From contig CAJXDE010000001.1 of NCBI GenBank assembly GCA_913052635.1, forward strand, positions 1-59,293: a DNA stretch of 59,293 nt, in the 5' to 3' direction. The position numbers and the translations under genes were made by a program. This stretch comes from an uncultured Halieaceae bacterium. GTDB lineage: Bacteria > Pseudomonadota > Gammaproteobacteria > Pseudomonadales > Halieaceae. The notes below the pieces were generated by a model. That model saw nothing but the letters and a program-made list of their open reading frames with translations. It was not told the DNA's origin and ran no database searches. Positions 53,182-59,293 of the stretch are shown in pieces (position 1 is the stretch's first letter; every line of letters begins with the position of its first letter).

Positions 53182-54267
53182 ATGAGTGAAAAAGATCACA
53201 TTGCCGAGGCGTTGCTCGAGTGGTTTGACCAGCACGGCCGCAAAGATCTGCCCTGGCAGACAAACCGCACGCCCTATCGCGTATGGGTATCAGAGATCAT
53301 GCTTCAGCAGACTCAGGTCAGCACGGTCATTCCCTTTTACGAGCGTTTTATGACGCAGCTACCCACAGTTGAAGATCTGGCCGCTGCCGCCGAGGACACC
53401 GTACTGCACTTATGGACCGGCCTCGGCTATTACGCCCGTGCCCGCAACCTGCATCGCTGCGCCAAGCAGGTTTGCGCGTCGCGCAAAGGTGTATTCCCAA
53501 GCGACCTTGCAGGCCTGGAGGCGCTCCCCGGCATTGGGCGCTCTACCGCCGGCGCAATCCTCTCGCTGGCCATGGATACTCGAGCGCCGATTCTTGATGG
53601 CAACGTAAAGCGGGTGCTCGCGCGTTACCACGCGGTGGCGGGCTGGCCCGGTCAGCGGATGGTCAGTGACATGCTGTGGTCCCATGCCGAGAACCACACG
53701 CCGCAGAAGCGCGTTGCTGACTACACGCAGGCAATCATGGATTTCGGCGCGACCTGCTGCACGCGCAGCCGGCCGGTCTGTGAGCAGTGCCCCCTAAAAG
53801 GGGGTTGCGCGGCGCGCGCGCAGGACCGACAAATTGATTACCCCGGCCGAAAGCCGCGTAAGCAGATTCCCCTGAGACAACGCTGGCTCGCCGTGGTCAC
53901 GCGCGCGCCCGGGGAGGTGCTACTGCAAAAACGACCAGACTCAGGTATCTGGGGCGGACTCTGGGCGCCGCCAGAATTTGAGACCGCTTCTTCCGCTAGA
54001 ACCTGGATTGCCAACACCCTTTCGCTAAAAGCAGAGCGCTGTCTAATCGACGAGCCCTTCCACCACACCTTCACACATTTCAAATTGGAGGCTCATCCAG
54101 TGAGGGCACAATGCGCCGCGAACCACCCCGAAACGATTGACGTAAAATCAGATGTCGATCACTTACAATGGTTTGCTTTGCACCCGCCCCCTTCGGTGGG
54201 TCTGCCCGCACCCATTGTGCGGCTGCTAGCCAAGCTGGGGAAAGAAAACCCTCAAAGGAGCAACTGA
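53182..54267 (+). CDS. mutY: A/G-specific adenine glycosylase
   Basis: [23 protein letters not shown], Hh[21 protein letters not shown], Fe-S motif C-X6-C-X2-C-X5-C. Confidence 0.97.
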   Translation: MSEKDHIAEALLEWFDQHGRKDLPWQTNRTPYRVWVSEIMLQQTQVSTVIPFYERFMTQLPTVEDLAAAAEDTVLHLWTGLGYYARARNLHRCAKQVCASRKGVFPSDLAGLEALPGIGRSTAGAILSLAMDTRAPILDGNVKRVLARYHAVAGWPGQRMVSDMLWSHAENHTPQKRVADYTQAIMDFGATCCTRSRPVCEQCPLKGGCAARAQDRQIDYPGRKPRKQIPLRQRWLAVVTRAPGEVLLQKRPDSGIWGGLWAPPEFETASSARTWIANTLSLKAERCLIDEPFHHTFTHFKLEAHPVRAQCAANHPETIDVKSDVDHLQWFALHPPPSVGLPAPIVRLLAKLGKENPQRSN

Positions 54268-54539
54268 TGGCGAGAACCGTCCACTGCCGACGCTACGATG
54301 AAGACCTCGAGGGACTCGAGCGGCCACCTCTGCCCGGCGCCAAAGGCCAGGATATTTTTGACAACGTCTCAAAGAAGGCGTGGCTCGAGTGGCAGGGCCA
54401 CCAAACGATGCTGATCAATGAAAAGCACCTCAGCCTGCTGGATCCGGAAACGCGCAAGTACCTGATGGGTGAGATGGACAAGTTTCTGGCTGGCGAGGAC
54501 TTCGATCAGGCTGAAGGCTATGTGCCGCCTAGTGAATAA
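54267..54539 (+). CDS. yggX: Fe(II)-trafficking / oxidative-damage protection protein
   Basis: [23 protein letters not shown]; start overlaps the mutY stop. Confidence 0.94.
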   Translation: MARTVHCRRYDEDLEGLERPPLPGAKGQDIFDNVSKKAWLEWQGHQTMLINEKHLSLLDPETRKYLMGEMDKFLAGEDFDQAEGYVPPSE

Positions 54540-54590
54540 CCACTTGATCATGCTGTACTGCGAACTCGTTGACCGCACTTCGATACTGGA

Positions 54591-55688
54591 ATGCAGACAA
54601 TGAAGGCGAAACCTTGGGTCATTACTGTTTCGGTATGTGGCTTTGTCACGGCTGCTTTGGCAGGGATCAAGTTTGTGCAGATCTCGCAGGCCATAGCGTT
54701 TATGGAGAGTTTCCCGCCCGCTTACGAGACGGTCACCGTTGCCAGCGCCGAGGCTGACGAGTGGCAGCCCACTCGGCTTCTGAGCGGCACCGTGCAGTCA
54801 CCCGAGCATCTTGTCATCTCAGCAGAAACACCCGGCAGGATCGTGCAACTCCCGTATCGAAGCGGCGAGACGGTCTCTGCTGGTGCCGAGGTGCTGGTGC
54901 TATTTGATGACGACGTCGAAGCGCAGCGAGACGCGCTGCAAGCCGACCTGAACCTCGTTGAAACCCAGTTATCGCGAAATCTCACGCTGGAAGCGGACTC
55001 ACTGGTTTCTCAGGATCAGCTGGATATCCTCAAGGCCCGCAAGCTGTCGCTAACCGCACAGATAGCGGTACTCGAGGCGCGCCTGAGTCGCATGACAGTG
55101 CGCGCGCCCTTTGCCGGCTCGATGGGTATTTACACGCAGCGTGTTGGCGACTTAATGCGCTTCGGCGAGGTGCTCACGACCCTCACGGGCCTGACAGCCA
55201 GCCGATGGATTGACTTTAAGGTCCCGCAAGGCCTCGCCAATATTGTGGTCGGGGACACCGTGGAGATCCGCGACGTCAACGGCTTCTTTGCCGGGCCTGC
55301 TAGAGTCATCGCGGTCTCCGATGCGCTCACTGAGGAAACTCGGACCTACGACGTCCGCGCTGAACTCAAGGCGCCTGCGCTCAAGCATGGCTCACTGGTG
55401 CAAGTGGCAGTGGATACCGGTCCCCTGGAGAACCTGATGTCGGTGCCCAAACGCAGCGTGCGCTGGGACGTCCAAGGTGCACACGTATTCGTCGTAGAAG
55501 AGGCCGAGGCAGATGCTTTCCTTCCACATCGCGCCAGCATCCGGCGAGTAGAAGTCCGCGGTGAGAGTCATGACAAGCTTTTTATAAGTGGAGAGATGGC
55601 CCCAGGCGAGCTCGTCGCCAATAGAGGAGCGTTCAAGTTGGAGGACGACCTCTTCGTCGCAGTTCAGGTCCTTACCGCAGACCAATGA
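54591..55688 (+). CDS. RND efflux periplasmic adaptor (MFP)
   Basis: N-terminal TM anchor, lipoyl/hairpin pattern, VRAPFAG, ETRT. Confidence 0.9.
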   Translation: MQTMKAKPWVITVSVCGFVTAALAGIKFVQISQAIAFMESFPPAYETVTVASAEADEWQPTRLLSGTVQSPEHLVISAETPGRIVQLPYRSGETVSAGAEVLVLFDDDVEAQRDALQADLNLVETQLSRNLTLEADSLVSQDQLDILKARKLSLTAQIAVLEARLSRMTVRAPFAGSMGIYTQRVGDLMRFGEVLTTLTGLTASRWIDFKVPQGLANIVVGDTVEIRDVNGFFAGPARVIAVSDALTEETRTYDVRAELKAPALKHGSLVQVAVDTGPLENLMSVPKRSVRWDVQGAHVFVVEEAEADAFLPHRASIRRVEVRGESHDKLFISGEMAPGELVANRGAFKLEDDLFVAVQVLTADQ

Positions 55689-58600
55689 TCCATCTTCGCT
55701 CATCGCCACGATGGACTGACCTTTTCATCAAGAGGCCGGTGGTGGCAGTTGTAGTTTGTCTGAGCCTGTTGCTCATCGGAATTCGATCGGCATTAGATCT
55801 TCCGGTTATTTCCTTTCCGGTGATAGAGAGCTCGTCCATCGCGATCGTTACGGTATATCCGGGAGCCAGCGCCGACACCGTACAAGGCTTCGTGACCGAG
55901 CCGATTGAGCGGGCCGCCAGCAGCGTGCCAGGGCTGGATTACATCGAGTCAGTCACCACCGCCGGCACCAGCACTGTCACCCTGTGGCTACAGCTAAATC
56001 AAGACACGACCGAGGTCATTTCTACCCTGTCAACGCGACTGAGCCAGATACGCTTTGAACTGCCAGAGGGCACGGAAGATCCCTCGATACAAATCAGTCG
56101 TGCCGACACCCCCTATGCGAGCTTTTACCTGGCGCTGCGGATCCCACCAGAGAGGACCTATGCTGGTGTCAGTGACCTTATCCAGCGAGACATCCTGCCC
56201 AGACTGGCGGCGATACCAGACGTGGAGCGCGTCGAGAACTATGGCCTGCAGCAATCGATGCGAATTTGGCTCAACCCTTGGAAGATGGCGGCGCTCGACG
56301 TCAGTACCGCGGACGTCGCGGACACACTGCGACGCAATAACGTCATCGGCACCTTCGGACGCACCGAGAGCACCTCGCAGCGGGTCAACCTGAAAACCAA
56401 CAGTGAGGCCAAAACCCCCTCCGACTTCGCCAACATGCTTATACAAAAAGAGGGCGATGTGGATATTCGTTTAGGAGATGTCGCGCAAATCGAAATTGGC
56501 ACGACAGAACTCAATAGCCTCGATCGATACAATCAGGATCAAGTCGTATTCGTCGGGGTATACCCCGAACCGGGCACCAGCGAAATCGTGGTGGGCGACG
56601 CCCTATACAAGGCCGTGGCTAAAATCAACGAATCACTCCCGGAAGATCTCGAGCTGTTTATTCCTTTTGACAATTCGCGATATATGCGCGAGGCCGTAGC
56701 AGAGATTTTCAGCACGCTGGGAGAGACCATCCTCTTGGTGGGGCTGGTGGTTCTGGCCCTGATGGGCTCCGCACGCAGCGCCCTGGTGCCGCTGCTGACT
56801 ATTCCCATTTCTATTCTGGGCGCTACAGCGGCGATCTCCATGATCGGGTTCTCTATGAATCTGCTGACTATTCTAGCGATTGTGCTGTCGGTCGGCTTAG
56901 TGGTGGATGATGCCATAGTGGTGGTGGAGAACGTCGCCCGGAACCTGCGGGAGGGCATGTCCAGAAAAGAGGCGGCTCTCACCTCTTCCCGTCGGCTACT
57001 CTCCCCCATCATTGCCATGACTATGACGCTGGCGGTGGTGTATGCACCGATCGGATTCCTTTCTGGTCTTTCCGGGGTGCTTTTTCGAGAGTTTGCCTTC
57101 ACCTTGGCCATTGCAGTGGTCATATCGGGCTTTGTCGCGATCACGCTGTCGCCGATCATGAGTGCGTGGGTCTGTCCAGACAAAGGCCATGAAACCCGCG
57201 TGACGCGATGGGTGAATGACCGCTTCGAGCGCATCGCAGCTAAGTATGGCGACGTGGTGGATTTTTCGCTTCGTTGGCGATGGCAGCTGGTCACAGGGGG
57301 GCTTTTCTTATCCCTGCTGGTCGTACCGCTCTACCTGTTCTCTTTGAAAGAACTCTCGCCAGTTGAGGATACCAGCAGCATCTCCTTGATAGTCGAAGCC
57401 GCGCCAGAAGCCTCCATGAAGGAAACAGTGGGCGGCTTTGTCGATGCGGTCGATGTAATGCTCTCGGAACCCACCGCTACCTATATCTGGCAAAGCATTA
57501 ATCCTGGGTTAGGATTTGGCGGCCAGGAATTTGTCTCGCCCGATGAGCGAGATGTCACCACCCATGAGCTACTACCTGCCATGAGTGAGCGACTCAAACG
57601 CGTACCTACCGTCACAGCGTTTCCTTCAGCGCAACCTTCTCTGCCTACCGCGGGTCAGTACGATCTCGAGGTGGTCGTCACCTCCAACGACTCCCTCGAC
57701 AACATGCGCCGCGTTGCCAACGCCATGGCAGGACGGGCGATGACATCGGGGCTGTTCTACTTTTTTGAGAGCGGCCTCAAGATGGATTTACTGGCGGTAG
57801 AGTATCAACTTGACAAGGACCGCATGTCGGACCTCGGCATGACCTTGGGAGACCTGACCTCTCAAATGGACCTCTTTGTGTCTGAGGGCTATGTCACGCG
57901 GTACGACGAGCGCGGACGTGCCTACCGGGTCATCCCTCAGCTGCAGCAGGCCTTCAAGTTTTCGCCCGAGGCACTGCTAGATACGCCCGTGGTACTGCCC
58001 TCAGGGGAGCAGGTGCCCTTTGGTACCTTCGCTTTGCTGCAGCGCAATACCGAACCCCGAGCACTCACCCGATTTCAGCAAAAGAGTAGCTTCAAGCTTT
58101 TTGGTGGCGTGATTCCGGGCTACACCAAAGAACAGGCGCTAACCTATGTGGAGGGGTTAGCCGACGAGCTGCTGCCGCCCGGATATGTGCTGGACTACAC
58201 CGGCGAATCCCGGGAGATTCGGCGCGAAGGGAATACCATGGTCAACGTGCTGGGGCTCTCCTTGATCATGGTGTTCCTGGTCCTGGCGCTCCAGTTCGAC
58301 AGCTTTCGTGACCCACTGATTATTCTGCTCGGTTCGGCACCGCTGGCACTCTTTGCCGCGATGGTGATCACCTTTACCGGCTTCACCACGATCAACATCT
58401 ACTCGCAGGTGGGGCTGATCACGCTGGTGGGGCTCATCTCCAAAAACGCGATCTTAATAGTGGAGTTTGCCAACCAAGCGCAGGCACAGGGGATGAATAA
58501 GCTGGAGGCGATCAAAGCTGGCTCACTTTACCGGCTTAGACCCGTGCTCATGACCACCAGTGCCACGGTATTTGGTCACTTCCCACTGGTATTAGTAGAA

Positions 58601-58786
58601 GGTGCGGGCGCTGAGGCACGTAACAGCATCGGCTTTATTCTGGTGATCGGTATGCTGATCGGCACACTGTTCACGCTGGTGTTGTTGCCTGCAATCTACG
58701 CGCTGCTGGCCTCGGATCATCAATCGGCAGAGCCCGACACTGGCAGCATCCCCGCAGAAGACCCGAACCAACCGATACCGGACTAA
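55685..58786 (+). CDS. RND efflux permease (HAE1; MexW/MexI-like)
   Basis: FIKRPV, YPGASA, GLVVDDAIVVVEN, GLISKNAILIVEFA, RLRPVLMT; 1033 aa. Confidence 0.94.
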   Translation: MIHLRSSPRWTDLFIKRPVVAVVVCLSLLLIGIRSALDLPVISFPVIESSSIAIVTVYPGASADTVQGFVTEPIERAASSVPGLDYIESVTTAGTSTVTLWLQLNQDTTEVISTLSTRLSQIRFELPEGTEDPSIQISRADTPYASFYLALRIPPERTYAGVSDLIQRDILPRLAAIPDVERVENYGLQQSMRIWLNPWKMAALDVSTADVADTLRRNNVIGTFGRTESTSQRVNLKTNSEAKTPSDFANMLIQKEGDVDIRLGDVAQIEIGTTELNSLDRYNQDQVVFVGVYPEPGTSEIVVGDALYKAVAKINESLPEDLELFIPFDNSRYMREAVAEIFSTLGETILLVGLVVLALMGSARSALVPLLTIPISILGATAAISMIGFSMNLLTILAIVLSVGLVVDDAIVVVENVARNLREGMSRKEAALTSSRRLLSPIIAMTMTLAVVYAPIGFLSGLSGVLFREFAFTLAIAVVISGFVAITLSPIMSAWVCPDKGHETRVTRWVNDRFERIAAKYGDVVDFSLRWRWQLVTGGLFLSLLVVPLYLFSLKELSPVEDTSSISLIVEAAPEASMKETVGGFVDAVDVMLSEPTATYIWQSINPGLGFGGQEFVSPDERDVTTHELLPAMSERLKRVPTVTAFPSAQPSLPTAGQYDLEVVVTSNDSLDNMRRVANAMAGRAMTSGLFYFFESGLKMDLLAVEYQLDKDRMSDLGMTLGDLTSQMDLFVSEGYVTRYDERGRAYRVIPQLQQAFKFSPEALLDTPVVLPSGEQVPFGTFALLQRNTEPRALTRFQQKSSFKLFGGVIPGYTKEQALTYVEGLADELLPPGYVLDYTGESREIRREGNTMVNVLGLSLIMVFLVLALQFDSFRDPLIILLGSAPLALFAAMVITFTGFTTINIYSQVGLITLVGLISKNAILIVEFANQAQAQGMNKLEAIKAGSLYRLRPVLMTTSATVFGHFPLVLVEGAGAEARNSIGFILVIGMLIGTLFTLVLLPAIYALLASDHQSAEPDTGSIPAEDPNQPIPD

Positions 58787-58804
58787 CACCAGGCCTCGCG
58801 TTAC

Positions 58805-58841
58805 TTGACGCGTGGAGGGTGCGCGGGTTTAATACGCGGCC
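58805..58841 (+). promoter_or_regulatory. sigma70 stable-RNA promoter of tRNA-Phe
   Basis: TTGACG-N17-TTTAAT followed by GC-rich discriminator ACGCGGCC. Confidence 0.8.
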
Positions 58842-58865
58842 TTCACGCTGTGTGCCCCCTTTTTT

Positions 58866-58941
58866 GCCCAGGTAGCTCAGTTGGTAGAGCAGTGGATTGA
58901 AAATCCTCGTGTCGGTGGTTCGATTCCGCCCCTGGGCACCA
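58866..58941 (+). tRNA. tRNA-Phe(GAA)
   Basis: 76 nt; acceptor stem GCCCAGG/CCTGGGC, D arm GCTCAGTTGGTAGAGC, anticodon loop TTGAAAA, T loop TTCGATT, encoded CCA. Confidence 0.97.
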
Positions 58942-59237
58942 ATTAAAGATATTTAAAGTATCCAACCTCTCGAAACGCCTCTGAAATCTCAGCTTGCTAT
59001 TGAATTTCAGGAGGGGGTGATGCGCAAACAGTCGCACCAAAATACTCATCAGACCTTTACATGTCGAAAGGGTCGGGTCTTTTATTTCGGCTTTCATGTT
59101 CAGCGTTTGGAACCCGATGAGCCCGACAGCGACCCTCTCTGCCTCGTCTTGTTTTCCAAGACAGTAGTCAATGGCGTACTCTATTCTTTCTGTATACGAA
59201 CAAAATTGCTCCGATAGCGAAGGCGTGGAAACTTGAA

Positions 59238-59293
59238 GTGGAACTGACAATAGACCAAGCCTTGCAGCAAGGTGTAGCGTCACACAAGGTGGG
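59238..59293 (+). CDS. N-terminus of a probable TPR-repeat protein (partial)
   Basis: GTG start gives MELTIDQALQQGVASHKVG..., resembling the recurring N-terminus of TPR-containing (often sulfotransferase/methyltransferase-fused) proteins of marine Proteobacteria; only 18 codons visible. Confidence 0.55.
   Translation, partial: MELTIDQALQQGVASHKV

Noticed and set aside
58843-59283. 146-aa minus-strand ORF
   Set aside because: Runs antisense through tRNA-Phe (the WCPGAESNHRHEDFQS stretch is the tRNA read backwards) and overlaps the TPR-like start; no recognisable family
1-59293. CRISPR arrays, IS elements, integrases, prophage or defence genes, rRNA
   Set aside because: No regularly spaced repeats, terminal inverted repeats or relevant protein motifs seen; nearly all the sequence is accounted for by core genes

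Overview
A GC-rich chromosomal segment (about 60% by eye) of a Gammaproteobacterium. Gene order and content are Pseudomonadales/Cellvibrionales-like, most plausibly the marine OM60/NOR5 Halieaceae group (inference). It is mostly core genome: gltB (5' part), aroKB, ponA, type-B rpmE, priA-argS-SPOR-DUF971-ubiEJB-hisIE-tatABC, an MsbA-like ABC exporter, three-gene pnt, rpoE-chrR, efp-epmA, serB, parC, typA, glnA-DUF4124-ntrBC, rhodanese-grxC-secB, gpmI-envC-ctpA, hisBHAF, mutY-yggX, an RND pump pair and tRNA-Phe. No transposase, integrase, CRISPR array or rRNA was seen. The most notable elements are: (1) a type II glutamine synthetase inserted back-to-back with the type I glnA, with two outward-facing sigma54 promoters flanking one tandem NtrC enhancer, in a lower-GC tract; (2) a sigmaE/ChrR singlet-oxygen module with a consensus TGATCC-N16-CGTA promoter ahead of a probable furan fatty acid operon, extended by an NhaC-family transporter and a thioesterase; (3) apparent streamlining scars, including an unannotated 25-codon PilQ tail where pilMNOPQ normally sits, a decayed porin-like gene after tatC, and hslVU and epmB missing from their usual loci; (4) a membrane protein with a degenerate nucleotidyl-cyclase-like domain; (5) a tRNA-Phe with an anticodon-stem mismatch, followed by lower-GC DNA that may be an island edge. 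I found no clearly new multi-gene system. The dual-GS divergon and the extended furan-lipid operon are the best candidates.
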